A program made the translations under genes and the position numbers. Below, piece by piece: positions 12,470 through 25,239 of a stretch of DNA of 64,000 nucleotides. Below the pieces are notes generated by a model. It had not been told where the DNA came from. It did not search any database and saw only the letters and a list, made by a program, of their open reading frames with translations. Within the stretch, counting starts at the first letter, position 1; each line of letters begins with the position of its first letter. This DNA comes from Mustelus asterias (taxonomy: Eukaryota): assembly GCF_964213995.1 (NCBI RefSeq), contig NC_135807.1, positions 137,392,001 through 137,456,000 on the forward strand, in the 5' to 3' direction.

Positions 12470-12697
12470 ATGATGTGGAGTTGCCGGCGTTGGACTGGGG
12501 TAAACACAGTAAGTAGTCTAACAACACCGGGTTAAAGTCCAACAGGTTTATTTGGTAGCAAAAGCCATTAGCCTTCAGAGCGCTGCTCCTTCGTCAGGTA
12601 AGTCTACAAAGGAGCAGAGCTCCGAAAGCTTGTGTGGCTTTTGCTACCAAATAAACCTGTTGGACTTTAACCTGGTGTTGTGAGATTTCTTACTGTA
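12470..12697. mobile_element. Second Penelope-like pseudo-LTR hairpin insertion
   Basis: A ~35-bp tail, then inverted arms (~12507-12600 and ~12609-12696). 12-bp direct repeat TTGGAATTTGCA at 12459-12470 and 12698-12709. Confidence 0.85.
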
Positions 12698-12897
12698 TTG
12701 GAATTTGCAGTCAGTGGCGAAGAAACGGTGTCACTGTTGTTTGCACTTGGAGCCGCCCATAGATCTTTCGCAAGCTTTTTGAATGGCAACTTATGGTTCC
12801 CAGAGATCCTTTTCAGAGCATGTCCTTCATAGAAGATCTATACGTATGTGAGCAGGGCCATAGACACCATGATTCCTCAACCACTCAGACTGAACTA

Positions 12898-13890
12898 TGT
12901 AGCGACATAGTGTGAGAATGGATGTTACTTTTTAAATATTTTTAGGGAATATGGTGTTGCTCTGGAAAATGAGTAAAGGTGCAAGATGCATGTATTTGTA
13001 ATGAAACATTTTGGCACATGGTTTATAAATAAATTGGCTAGGTTTGGGAATTTGCATTAGGAGATACAGAGTTGCAATAGGAGAAAGACACACCTTTCTC
13101 AGCTGTTAAATTTGAAAGAGGAGTAAAAGGCTTTTACCGCTTGCAAAAGGTTCTTAGGTAAATAGGGAAAGTTTTTAAATTTTATTTAACCTTAAAGTGG
13201 GGGGAGGTGCATTGGAAAACATGAAACCTTTTTATATTTTGGAAAAGTTGAGCTCAAAGAACTGCTGAGAACAATGGAATCGGAGGTGAAAGTGGGAGAC
13301 GGTATTTTGGAGTTACTGTTGAGAGGATTTATTGTTGACCATGTGAGGAAGACCTGCTGGAAACAGCTCTGGGCTGGGAGAAGAGGTGCAGTTTGAATCA
13401 GCCATCCAGTCAAGCCAGAAAAGCCTCAGGCCGCAAGTAGCGCACCACTTATTTCTGAAGGTTTCTTGGATTTTTCACAACAGAGTGGAAGAGAATTTGA
13501 GAGGTTGCGTGGTATGTCTTATTAAAGCAATAACAGCTTTGCCTTGGGGTAATATTACTGGATTTCTGATAGTTAAACAACTATAAGAGCGCGGTGGCTG
13601 GTGTTTAGTTCTGGATCTGACTGAGTAGGGAGTTTTTTGGGAGACAATGTTTGTAAGGCTAATTTTAGCTGTGTGACTGTAATCTCGTGTGATTAAGTTT
13701 TCTTCTCTTTTTGTTTATAATTAAAGGTAAAAAAGTTTATTAAGTCCCAAAAGTGTTATTGAACCTTTTGCTGCAGTGATTGGTATGCTTTCTTCTGTTT
13801 CAGAATACAAAAACAGTATATTTCCCATAAGCCACATTTCCATGTAGGAATTGGTTTGATCAGCAATTAACATCTGCGGTGATCATAACA
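12898..13890 (+). mobile_element. Possible solo LTR
   Basis: About 1 kb block ending GATCATAACA, with imperfect TGT..GA partners at 12898 or 12997 and an ATTAAA near 13719. No convincing TSD and the left edge is uncertain. Confidence 0.35.
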
Positions 13891-14003
13891 ATAGTAACAT
13901 AGGAACAGGAGGGAGCAGCTTACTCATGTCCATTTCACTGGTCTTTTAGATCATGGCTGATCTGTACCTCAACTCCACTTAGCTGCCTTTATGACCCCAA
14001 ATC

Positions 14004-14186
14004 CATGGGTTTCCACTGAGTGCTCCGGTTTCTTCCCACAGTCCGAAAGACGTGCTGGTTAGGTGCATTGGCTATGCTAAATTCTCCCTCAGTGTACCCA
14101 AACAGGCGCCGGAGTGTGGCGACTAGGGCATTTTCACAGTAACTGCATTGCAGTGTTAATGTAAGCCTACTCGTGACACTAATAAA
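14004..14186 (+). mobile_element. V-SINE with alternative (Rex1-like) tail, 5'-truncated, nested in an old CR1 fragment (~13895-14650)
   Basis: V-SINE body followed by CAGGCGCCGGAGTGTGGCGACTAGGG..TTTTCACAGTAAC..GTGACACTAATAAA instead of the HE1 tail. Confidence 0.8.
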
Positions 14187-14664
14187 TTTTTAAAAATATT
14201 TTGATGGACAAGAATGTTCCAGATTTCCCTTACCCTTTGTGTGAAAAAAGTGTTTCTTGGTTTCACTCCCAAGTGGCCAAGATCTAGTTTTGAGATTGTG
14301 GCCTCTTGTTCTGCACTCAGTTCCCAGAGAAAATAGTTTCAGTATTCACTGAATCCCTTAGTCGTTGCAAGAATCTTGATTAAACCACCGCTCAACCTCA
14401 TGTCTGAAAAATGTACTCTATTTATTTCTCCACGGATTCTGCCAACCCATTATTTCCAGCATTTTTCTGTTTTTAATTTAAGAAATTGTTCTAATTTGTC
14501 TTTCTGAGATCCAAAGTGGATGACCTCACATTTCCCCACATTGAATTGCATTTGTCGGATCCCAGCCTCGCTTACTTAGTTTGTCTGAGCCCCTTTCTAA
14601 CTTGGTGTTCTCATCTATTCAATGTACTTAACTTAACATTTCCTTAATAACTTGGACACAGTAT

Positions 14665-14930
14665 GGATTTTTTTTATTTCATGGGATGTGGTCATCATTG
14701 TCGAGGCCTGCATTTCTAATTGCCTTTGAGAAGGTGGGAGTGAGCCATCTTCTTGAAACGCTGAGGTCCATGTGGTGTTGGAACACCCAAAGTCCCATTA
14801 AGGAGGGAGCTCCAGGACCTTTACCCAGCAATGATGAAGAATGGCAATGTCAGAATGTGGCATGTGGTGGGGAACTTGTAAATGGTGGTATTCTCATGCA
14901 TCTGCTACTCTTGCCCATCTGTTGGTAGAA
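14665..14930 (-). mobile_element. 3' end of a LINE whose tail matches the tRNA-headed SINE
   Basis: Minus strand shows a decayed WSSL..GVPTPHG.QRFKKMAHSHLLKGN-stop coding end, then ..CACATCCCATGAAATAAAAAAA. Confidence 0.65.
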
Positions 14931-15739
14931 ATGACAAATCACTCGTAAATCTGTGTCCTCTGGTTACTAAACCTCCTGTCAATGGAAACAATTTCTCCTT
15001 ATTTTATCAAAACCTTTCAGAATTTTCAACACGTGCATTAAATCTTCCCTTAACTATCATTGCTCCAAAGGGAACCACCCCAGCTTCTCCAGTTGCTCAC
15101 TGAAGTCTCTCATCCCCAGTATCAATCTAGTAAAACTCCTCCACACCCTCGCCAAGTCACATATGGAGCTACTGGGACAGGTGACCAAAAGAAGCTGACA
15201 CCCTTTGTCAAGTGTGTGGTACTCACAATTGGAACAGAATACTCCAGCCAAGGCCAAACCAACGATTCACACAGGCTCATAACCTCTTTGCTTTTGTGCT
15301 CTGTATCTTTTTAACAGTGTCTGAATCTGTGATAGTGCAAGGAGCTTTGGGGGAACAATAAGGAGGATGATCCACTTTAGCCTCATCTTCTGCACAACTT
15401 CACAAAGTAGGCAGAAAGTCCACTCACCAGCTTTGACAAAATACCAAACAAACTGGAGTAGAAATCAAGGGCACTGTTTGCTTTAGTATCTGGTATCATC
15501 GTGTTCTCACTGCGATCACAACAATCACTTTTAGTTTGCTGGAGCTGATAGAGACCAGATCGGAGTGAAAGTCATAATAGCAAAGTAGATGGACTAAAGC
15601 TCTAGTTTAAAAGATATGTCTTTGTGATACTAATCGGGCAAATTTCCATAAACATTCAGCAAGACGGTGACAATAATAAAAACCTGCATTTATGTAATGC
15701 CTTCAACACACAGTTGGTGATATGTTACAGTTCATTCAA

Positions 15740-16025
15740 GGTGTCCAGAGTTGGTGTGGCAAAATGTATTTTTCACACGTAATCTGGAGCAATGGATCGT
15801 GATGGTAGAGGCTCCAACATCCTTTCCATCCCATAACTGACCAGGAATCTCTCCCTCTCTTCCAACACAGGCCAGTGGCAGGTGGTAAGGATTTGCAAAT
15901 TGATACTCAACCCATTTGACCACATGATGAAGGCATCTTCCTTGGCCATCAAGTCCTGGGGTGGGACTTGAACCCAGAGCTTCTGGCCCAGAGGCAGGGA
16001 CACTACCCAGTGCACCACAAGGCAT
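15740..16025 (-). mobile_element. Additional tRNA-derived SINE inserted into an L2 tail
   Basis: Minus head GTGGTGCACTGGGTAG..GGGTTCAAGTCCC; L2 tail sequence continues on both sides. Confidence 0.55.
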
Positions 16026-18190
16026 CCTTTAACACAGTAAATGTCCCAAAACATTTCACAGAAGTGATTATCAAGCAAAATTTGATATAAAGTCACATAT
16101 GGAGCTACTAGGAAAGGTGACCAAAAACGTGGTCAAAGAGGTAGGTTTTAAGGAGTGTCTTAAAGGAGCAGGAGGGAGAGAGGGGGAGGGGAGGGAGGGA
16201 GATGAAGAGGCAGAGAGGTTTCAAGAGGTAATTCCAAAGTTTAGGTCTCAGGCAAATGAAGGTATGAACACCAATGGTGGAGCGATTAAAAAGGGAGGAT
16301 GCACAGGATTTAAATGAGAGAGATGCAGAGATCTTGGAGGGTTGTAGGGCTGAAGGGGGTTTAATCAAAGATGAGGCGGGGTGAAGGATTTGAAAACAAG
16401 AGTGAGAATTTTAAATAGTGGTACAAGGTGAGTTTCTTTCCTTGTTCAAATTATGAGACTATAACTGAGTAATTACACAGTTGGAGAACATTGTTAGTTT
16501 CTTTTTGGAACAGATATTTCAATTTCATGTGCAGTTTAAAACGATCAAAGGAGATATAGAACACAATGCAGAGATGAAATCTGAATCCGCTAATCCTATA
16601 TTTAATTTTCAAGGTACAGAAATGCCACACAGATTTATGTTAACACTGAAAACAAACAAAAACAAAAATCACACAGCCTTTGGCTCAGATTCTGCTCAAA
16701 CAAAAAATGCACACATGGGCACCACATTAAATAACCCGCAAGACCAGAATTAAAGCAGCATGTTTCTTCTGTTCAGTTCACGACACCCTGGTCAACAATA
16801 CAATTAATTATTCATTGATAAATAGTTAATACTCCATGATTCCAAAAAGGTATAGCACATAATTAAAAACATTCACAATACAGTCATCTTACAGTTCACA
16901 TACATTGTTATTATTTTTGCTTGGTTCCCAAGATTGAATGTATTTCTATATTTGTTTTCTATGTTCATCCCACTTACTGAGTTAAAGCTCATGCAGTTGT
17001 TCATCAGTCCATCTATCCGGAACAGTTTGCCGTTTCCCTCTTCTATCCGGGTGTAATTTGATTGGAAAGCACTTTGGGACATGGCGAGGTTGTAAAAGGT
17101 GCTTTACAAAAGGCAGATCTTTCTTTAATCATCTCCTGTAACTAATGTTATTTAGCACAGTTCACATTCAATGAATGTCATTCATGCAATTCAATCCTGG
17201 CCATTAGGATGCCACACTAGAAGATTGCACTGAGACTGCAATGCCCGTGTTGACAGAAAGGTCTCTACCCAATATGCTAACCTGCTGTTACAGGTGCTGG
17301 CAACCCATTCCTGTTTTAACCTGCACTGCAACCCCGTTCAACAGCGCTGGCAAGTTTTACTTTCTATTTCACGTCCCCTTTGATTTTCAAAAATAAAACA
17401 TATTTGATGATTCATAATGAGTTACGGATTCCAATAAAGCAGATTCCACCACTCAGTTTCTGCATTAAACCAAAGTAGTTAAGATTTACTCCTCCATAAT
17501 CTGTATCACATTAAGTGCTAGGCAATGACCGTCTCGAAGGAAAACTCAGGTACCCATTCCTGACCTTCCATGAACCTCACCACTGCAGAGTGCTCCCTTG
17601 TTGACATCTTGGCCAGAAGCTAAACTGGAGTCAGATGTATCAGTGGCTTCAAGATCAGACATTGGATACTCTATGACCAATGACCCATTCTTTGACCCCT
17701 TGATACCTCTCCACAAGTCACGGTCATGAATGAGATGGGACAGTCTCCTGAAAGTGATTCAATATGCTCAGTATCACTGACGGCAAAGTGGTCTGCCAGA
17801 CTGGCGCCTGCACACCCAAACTCAAGACCCAGCGGTTCCAGTGCGCTCTGTTCACCTGAAGAAGTGCAGAAACTCGCCAGATTAATTCTTTCAGTATAGC
17901 CCAACACACAAACTCTACCACTGGGAAGGATGATAGCAGCAATAGAATAGGAAGACCAGCACTTCCCAGCCTCTCAGCATCCAGATGAAAAATTAGCACA
18001 AAAGCGCAGGCCATTTGGGAACTGAGGGAATGGGATCTGCAAGATTTTCTGTCCCATCCATTTTCATTAGAATCACAGAATGATGCTGCACAGAAGGAGG
18101 CCATTCAGCCCATCGTGCCTGTGTTGGGTTGAATGATTGATGCTAGATGCTTTCTACTGGGTGTGCAAATCTGTTAAATCCACTTTTACA

Positions 18191-18196
18191 TTTAAT
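18191..18196 (-). terminator. Candidate polyadenylation signal (ATTAAA) for POMGNT2
   Basis: TTTAAT on plus at the distal end of a ~1.2 kb repeat-free, UTR-like stretch below the stop codon. Another ATTAAA lies at 19395-19400. Not verifiable here. Confidence 0.25.
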
Positions 18197-19441
18197 CCAA
18201 TAAGATCATTGCAAATAAGCACACAGTTGTACACACGAAGCAAGATTATAACCTAACAAACCAAGGGGAGATTTTAAAGATTGCCACTGGCCCCTTGGTG
18301 GGACCATATCTGCAGTACCACATTAATGGGGGTTCAGCCAAATGAAGAAGATTTGTGTCAGAATTTAGCACATTAAGCTGCGGTTTTGTACTCTGGGCTT
18401 TTGACGTTTCTGAAAAGAGATGGAGGGAAAGAAGATTTGAAGGTCATAATCTAGAATCAGGCTAAGGTTATTTTTACTAAAATCCTGCACAGATTGCAGA
18501 ATCGAAGAACTGAAAACTGTAAAAAGGTGGCACATGGTCAAATCTCATCAGCAAAGGCTCATCAATATAGGGGGAGAAAAACAACGGGCAAAATTGGGGA
18601 ACAGCAGGTCCAATAAAGGACCGTGTTTTTGGCCTCTGACGGAAGATGTGAACGGTGATGGAACGGATGCTGCTCACCACTCTGCAATACAGCAGCTGTA
18701 ACAAAGTTGTTTCCAGTTGGAGAGCTTTACTGATGGGAACATCTGACAGAGGTAAAGAAAAAAGCTATCTAAAAACTCAAAACATTTTTTTTACCAAGCA
18801 GGGTCAGTATAGCAACCCTCATGTATTCCTTTATGCAGTTGTGGCTCAGATCACAGCGGGCCTGTGTTAAAATTCTCAGCAGTCACCCAGCACTCATTAC
18901 ATTTGTTGGGGTGAAGCCTTGGTTGGTTTCTTCACTTCAATGAAACGATGTTTAACATTTCTGGGTTACACGCATGAGCAAGCCAACTGCCCGCTTCAAC
19001 ACCCCAAAGTTGCCTTCATTATGAACCCAGATATTCACATTCTCTCTGGCTCACGCACTCTCTTAGCCAATGGTACCACCCTTACTTAGACACTGAACTT
19101 GTGATTTCAGATAACCCCTGGGGTTTTATCCAGCCACTGCGTTAAGAACCAGTCCAAAACTACATTACTAATATAATTCATCACAACTAGGGTGAACTTC
19201 ATTTCAGCCACATCTTAATTGGCTTTGAACCTGTACCTCTTTACATCAGGTCAACAATTGACTACAAGCTCAGTCAAATGTGCACGAATGCCCCAAAATA
19301 ACCCATTATTTAAGATCTGTCCCGTTGTTCGCTACAAATATTTTCAGCTACAGGACTAAATGAATACTGAATTACACATTTTTAAGCCACGCAATTTAAT
19401 GACGTACAGATGTTTCTTCTCGTCTGTCCAGCGATCTTGCT

Positions 19442-21175
19442 TTATGTGTTGCAAGTTAGTACCTCTGCAAATGGGCCCAGGAGGCTCTTGTTAAAGATGC
19501 ACCTTATCCAAACCTGATAGGTTGTAAACGGTTTAATGTTTTCCATGAATGTATAGTTCTGGTAAGGCAAGATGTAAGGCATGTATGTGTTCTCACCTCG
19601 TTCCTGTATCCAAACCTCATACTTCACCTCTTTTACTTTTAAGTACTTCAGATTCCAAGGTACCTGCCACGAAATGGACAACTTTGCTGCGTTGGCGCTC
19701 TGGACAGAGGTTTGGCACTGGGAATCTCTCACTTTTCCAGGAAATATTAGACTGCCTGACCTAACCTTTCTGAGGGGAAGTTTGGATTTCACCGTCTGAT
19801 GAATGGTGCTTATCAGTGAGGGGATATCAACGAGCGTGTCCTGATAAATACGAAAGAGCCACTCGGCATTTCGACAGCACAGGTGGCGAGGGACCTCTTT
19901 GCTCTTTATTATACTCTCTTGCTGGGCTTTGATGAGATGAGCAATTCCACCTTGTTCCCGTGGCCATTCAGGATGGGTAACTGTATTCTCCTCCTTAGTA
20001 TTCTGCCAAGCAACATACTGCAGGTCCATGCCTGGGAGGGACGCCAGGGTTTTGTAAGGTGTGTAATTTTCTGGGTTAACAGCATAAGGGAAGAGTTCAA
20101 CAACCACGGCACCTGGGGGCAGAAAGAGTGCCGTCACCAGCTGGGCCCCATGCATGCTGATCAGCATGGAGGCTCCACTGATCAGTCCGACCAGATGCCC
20201 AAAGGAATAGTCATCCAGAGACACCGCAACAAGCTTCATCTGAAATTCCTGTGCCAAGACTAAGATCAATTCTGCCTCATTCAGAATTAACCTGTTGAGC
20301 GTGCGACTGAATAGCACAATGTAGCCTTCACCACCGGAGTTCCTGGTCACGTTTAACTTTTGCACCATGAAGTTTGCAAATTGCCTGATTTCATTCCCAG
20401 ACACCAGCAGATTTGCTTTTGGGCCCTGAGGTTGGAGGAACCCGTACTGATACCAGGTTGTCATCTTTGACAACCCAACATAAGACTTTGTGAAGCAAAG
20501 CAACTTGCCCAGACCTTTCAGCTGATCCTTCAGAAGGGGTTGCTTGTTGCTAAATGTCTTGTAGAGGTCAAAGTGTGAGCCTTCACTCCAACCTTCCATA
20601 AACACCAATCGCAGGTCTTGGTCTAAGTCTGGAAACTGTTGTATGGTGTAGTAGATCGGGAGGAGGTCATCATGGAAGACGTGCATAAGGTTGTCCGAGT
20701 TGAAACGATTCATGATCAAAGCAACATCTGGCACAAAAACCGGTTTGGGCATTAACTTAAGAGCAGCAACAGGCAATTCCACAAAGTTGAAGTATTGTGT
20801 GGTGTGATCATCGACAGAAGACAGGTCTAGCAGAGCAGGCTGAAAGCGGCGGGAGCCCAGATTTGGCAGCAAGACAGAAGCGTTGCTATGGAAGAAGACA
20901 AACTCCTCAGCCTCGGTGTAGTAACAGAGGGACTCGAAACGGCAGATCCGCTCAGTGTGCATTCTTCCTGTGCAAATCATCCGAGTGCCATCTTCCATCA
21001 GGGCTTGCAAGGCATCGTGGTAATCAATCCTAACCTGGGACAGCTCCTGAGTCTGCCGGGACAGCGTCAACTCTTCCTCAATGGATGCCGCATGTTCTGA
21101 TAACTTAACGTACTTCCACAACACAGCCGCCAGGATGGATACCAACAGAGCGTTGAAGATGACTGCGATGCTCAT
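19442..21175 (-). CDS. POMGNT2: Protein O-linked mannose beta-1,4-N-acetylglucosaminyltransferase 2 (GT61 domain plus C-terminal fibronectin type III), 577 aa, single coding exon
   Basis: Intact ORF collinear with human POMGNT2 as recalled: FNALLVS.LAAVLWK membrane anchor, [69 protein letters not shown], and terminal LLGPFA.VL.CNT. The orthologous start is the ATG at 21175 (A at -3), not the GTG at 21217. Confidence 0.98.
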   Translation of the reverse strand: MSIAVIFNALLVSILAAVLWKYVKLSEHAASIEEELTLSRQTQELSQVRIDYHDALQALMEDGTRMICTGRMHTERICRFESLCYYTEAEEFVFFHSNASVLLPNLGSRRFQPALLDLSSVDDHTTQYFNFVELPVAALKLMPKPVFVPDVALIMNRFNSDNLMHVFHDDLLPIYYTIQQFPDLDQDLRLVFMEGWSEGSHFDLYKTFSNKQPLLKDQLKGLGKLLCFTKSYVGLSKMTTWYQYGFLQPQGPKANLLVSGNEIRQFANFMVQKLNVTRNSGGEGYIVLFSRTLNRLILNEAELILVLAQEFQMKLVAVSLDDYSFGHLVGLISGASMLISMHGAQLVTALFLPPGAVVVELFPYAVNPENYTPYKTLASLPGMDLQYVAWQNTKEENTVTHPEWPREQGGIAHLIKAQQESIIKSKEVPRHLCCRNAEWLFRIYQDTLVDIPSLISTIHQTVKSKLPLRKVRSGSLIFPGKVRDSQCQTSVQSANAAKLSISWQVPWNLKYLKVKEVKYEVWIQERGENTYMPYILPYQNYTFMENIKPFTTYQVWIRCIFNKSLLGPFAEVLTCNT

Positions 21176-21267
21176 TCTGCAATTCGGTCTATGCATCGAG
21201 GGATGAATGCATTTCACAACAAGGAGATGGTGATGAGAACTCCTTCAACCCAGGCAGAGGTGGGCGT

Positions 21268-21296
21268 TCTTAAAAAAAGAACAAAAAGCATTACCA
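21268..21296 (-). other. POMGNT2: Splice acceptor of the POMGNT2 coding exon (exon starts 21268; 93 nt of 5' UTR)
   Basis: Minus strand GGTAATGCTTTTTGTTCTTTTTTTAAG|AACG: branch-like TAAT, a pyrimidine tract and AG. Confidence 0.8.
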
Positions 21297-22136
21297 AGCT
21301 ATTACTTCAATCAAAACCTTTGAGAAATTACATTATAGCCCCTAGCCCCACTGCAAGAGGAAACAGTAGCAATAAAACCTGCATTGATATAGCACCTTAA
21401 ATAGAGTGAAATGTTCCAAAGTGCTTCACAGGAACATTAACTAAATTTGATTATGAGCCAGATAAGGCGATATTAGTACAGGTAACCAAAAGCTTGGTTA
21501 AAAACAAATAGGTTCTAAGGCACATCTTAAAAGAGGAAAGAGAGGCAGAGAAGTCTAGGGAGGGAATTTCAGAGTTTCCAGCCCAATGATGCAGCAGGGA
21601 TATTCCAAACACCAGAATTGAATCAGCACAGAAATTCAGGAGGGTTTCAGAGATAGAGAGGAGTGAAGGCAGTCAGAGATTAGAGAACAAGGATGAGAAT
21701 GTAAAAATTGAGGTATTGTCAGACCAGGATCCACTGTAGTTCCGCAAGCACAGAGTGTGATAGATTAACAGGACTTGGTGTGAGTTAGAACCTGAGTTCA
21801 GGTTTACAGCAGATACAAGGTGGGTTATTGTACAGGAAAATAGAACTAAGAAAACTTGGCGAAGACTCATAGTTTGTGTCCTCTCCCCCAAGGCAACATG
21901 CTGGACAATTGCTGCACCACTGTATTCAACCAATGCACGTGACAGATCTACCAGCGACTGGCTCAGTACCCGGGTCCCTTTCCCATGAATCTGGTGGTGA
22001 ACTCTTGCATCATTGACAGCTCCAGGACCTACAGGCACCAACAAGGAGGATGCCAATCCTGTCTCTTGTGTGTTCATCAGGCTAACAGTGACTATGGTTT
22101 CCAACAATGGCAATGGTTGGAATTTTCTACCCCAGA

Positions 22137-22885
22137 TTTTTGGAAGGAGTAACAGGATTACAGAGTACTGGGCTAATAGAAAGATACTTGGTAGTGTGGA
22201 TGAACAGAGGGATCTGGGTGTCCATGTGCATAGATCCCTGAAAGTTGGCACCCAGGTTGATAGGGTTGTTAAGAAGGCTTACGGTGTGTTAGCTTTTATT
22301 GGTAGAGGGATTGAGTTTCGGAGCCATGAGGTCATGTTGCAGCTGTACAAAACTCTGGTGCGGCTGCACTTGGAGTATTGCGTACAGTTCGGTTGCCGCA
22401 TTATAGGAAAGATGTGGAAGCGTTGGAAAGGGTGCAGAGGAGATTTACCAGGATGTTGCCTGGTATGGTGGGAAGATCGTATGAGGAAAGGCTGAGGGAT
22501 TTGAGGGTTGTTTTCGTTAGAGAGAAGGTTAAGAGGTGACTTAATAGAGGCATACAAGATGATCAGAGGATTAGATAGGATGGATAGTGAGAGCCTTTTT
22601 CCTCGGATGGTGATGGCTAACACGAGGGGACATAGTTTTAAATTGAGGGGTGAGAGATATAGGACAGATGTTAGAGGCATGTTCTTTACTCAGAGAGTAG
22701 TAAGGGCGTGGAATGCCCTGCCTGCAGCAGTAGTGGACTCGTCAACATTAAGAGCATTCAAGTGGTTATTGGATAAACATATGGATGATATTGGAATAGT
22801 GTAGATTAGAGGGGCTTTAGATTGGTTCCACTGGTCGGCGCAACATCGAGGGCCGAAGGGCCTGTACTGCGCTGTAATGTTCTAT
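22137..22885 (+). mobile_element. Relatively young CR1 3' fragment (older CR1 tail follows to ~23065)
   Basis: RDLGVHVH..LYKTLVR.HLEYCVQF..RLRGDLIEAYK..FFTQRVVRAWNALP, then tail GGGCCGAAGGGCCTGT..TTCTAT. Confidence 0.9.
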
Positions 22886-25239
22886 AGAAGGCTGTGGATA
22901 CTCAGTTCTTGAGTATATTCAAGACTAAGGTTGGTAGATTTCTGGGCATGGAAGATATCAAGGGATACAGCAATGGACGGGAGAGTGAAACAGAAGTCAA
23001 AATTCAGCCATGATCTTATGAAATGGCGGAGGAGGCTGGAGGGGCCAAACAGCCTACTGATTCCTTACGTTCTTTTCTGACCCACCCACCCACTCACTCC
23101 TTCCTCCTGTGTAGCTGGGAGACAATACTTTGTGCTGACACTTGCCCCCACAACACTCATCCACTTTAAGCAACTTAAACAAGAGCCAGCTTGGTGGAGA
23201 TAGTTTCACGAACATCAAACTAATAGTTAACTCATTACATCTGAACTTCTTAACATAGTTATTCCAAACTAGGAAGAAAACTGTGCTCATGATTTTTTTT
23301 AAAAAGAGTTCGTTGTCATTTGAAAGAAACTGGAAAAATAGTGCCAATTCCAATTATTAATATGCATGGAGTTGCACAGAAAGAGGCCATTCAGCCCACC
23401 AGCCCACATTGGCTTCCATGCTTTACTCACATCTTCTCCCATCATTCCACATCTAATTCTATCAGCATAACCCTCCATTCCCTTCTCCCTTTTAGACATA
23501 TCTAATTTCATCTATATATTCACCTCAATTATTTCCTGTGGTAGCGAGTTCTACATTCTCACCACTCTGGGTAAGGAAGGTTGTCTTCTGAATTCGCCAC
23601 TGCTCCTTTATATCATCTCTTATATTGATAGCCGCTTGCTTTCCTCTTCTCCACAAGTGGAAATAAATATTCTCCGTGTCGATGCTATCAAAACCTTTCA
23701 TACATTTTAAAGACCTCTATTTAGTTGCTCCTACATGTCCCCTCAGAAGATAATGCAGTTGTCTTAACATAGCAGGAAATGGGAATGTGATTTGGCCATT
23801 CAGCCCCTTGAGCCTGTTCTGCCATTCAATGAAACCATGGCTGATCAGTATCTTAACTCTGTACCCTTTCATATAACCATTACACTACTATGCAACCAAG
23901 GAGCATTCATGTATAATGGTCCACTATGGTGACAGTGTTATATAAATGCAAGTTGGTATTGTCAGTAAAGCACGATGAAATCATCTAAATAAATGGAATG
24001 TAACATTTTGAAAACAATTAGCAGAAAAATCAGTATTAGGAACGTGACTCACATTTCTACAGTGCTTCCAAAGTAACAGCCGATAACCTTGCCTCACCCC
24101 TTCCACGAGACATGCTCCAGTATATTTTGTTAGTTACTCTCCCTGGGTATACTTGCATACTCTCCAGTGTATTATACACATTCTACAGCCTTTGTGGCAC
24201 AGATACATTAAATCAAACATTTCCACTGTCACAGATTAAACTGCAACAACATCCCAACTTCTGGTCCTGTCCACCTTCAAATCAATTCCACTTGGATTAA
24301 TATTAATTTGGAAGTGTTAAAGGTTCTTTACTAACTATCTGATCACTCCTATCCTCCCAGTTCTATTTAATCCTTTCCCCGGTAGAGGCTGCTCTGTCAC
24401 TTCTACAGCTGCTTCCTGCTATTTGCCAGCATCCCAAAGGTTGGTTACATGCAGTGCTCCTTGTAACGCACCAAGCGCTGGGAGCAAGGACAGAAATAAA
24501 CACAAGGTCAACATTATCACAGCCAGCCAGCAGATGTTAATGTGGAAATGAGCTGTGAACCAGCCTTGTGTGCAACATGAATAAAACAGTGTAAAATGGT
24601 TTTCTAAAATACAGCAAAAGCTTTAGTCATGAATGCTATTTGTGTCAAATATTGTTTCTCTGTCTGCGTTCAGAACCGTATGTTTATGGATGAGTTCTCG
24701 GCCTCTCTCACGCTTACACAGATTTCCTGTAATACTGTTCATGGTGAATCAATGTTTTATAGCATGGTCACTCTAAGTCCCAGTGACAGCTGTCTGGAAA
24801 GAGCCCCTGGACAGTTCCTCACCCTCATTTTCCTCTTCTCACAGCACAACAGCATGCGTCTCCTGCAGTCTCTGCCACTTTGTAATAGCAGGATCATCTC
24901 CACATCTCTCTCACCCTCAATAGGTTCTCTCTTCCCACCCATGGCTTTCCATCTATTGGCAAAGTCCAAACCCTGTCTCCCCTCTAATCCCAAAATGACC
25001 ATCCCTGATCCAAGAATAGCAGAGATGCTGAAAGTTGTTCAGAGATGGGTCCTGCATTATATTATTGGGTCAGAACTCACCAATAGAAATCCCCATAATT
25101 TCCTGCCCTTCAAAAATTGCAGAAGCATTTCTAACCCAGAAAATATTTACTCCTAGACTCTTGGCCTCGACATCACACAGGGTCAAACTAGCTCTTCTAG
25201 GGGGTCAAACACTGCTGGGCTTGGACTTGCCCTTTAGTA

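Noticed and set aside
17671-18104. ORFs as possible exons of a neighbouring gene such as GASK1A
   Set aside because: No similarity to the protein as recalled; one ORF begins in a repeat tail.
21176-21217. 14-aa N-terminal extension of POMGNT2 in the ORF track
   Set aside because: It starts at GTG; homology and Kozak context favour the ATG at 21175.
21245-21247. In-frame TGA upstream of POMGNT2 as a selenocysteine codon
   Set aside because: No SECIS could be identified by eye and POMGNT2 is not a known selenoprotein.
19549-21400. Plus-strand ORFs overlapping POMGNT2
   Set aside because: Short antisense shadows of a real CDS with no recognisable motifs.
24629-25156. 175-aa plus-strand ORF
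   Set aside because: No recognisable domain or splice support; composition resembles non-coding DNA.
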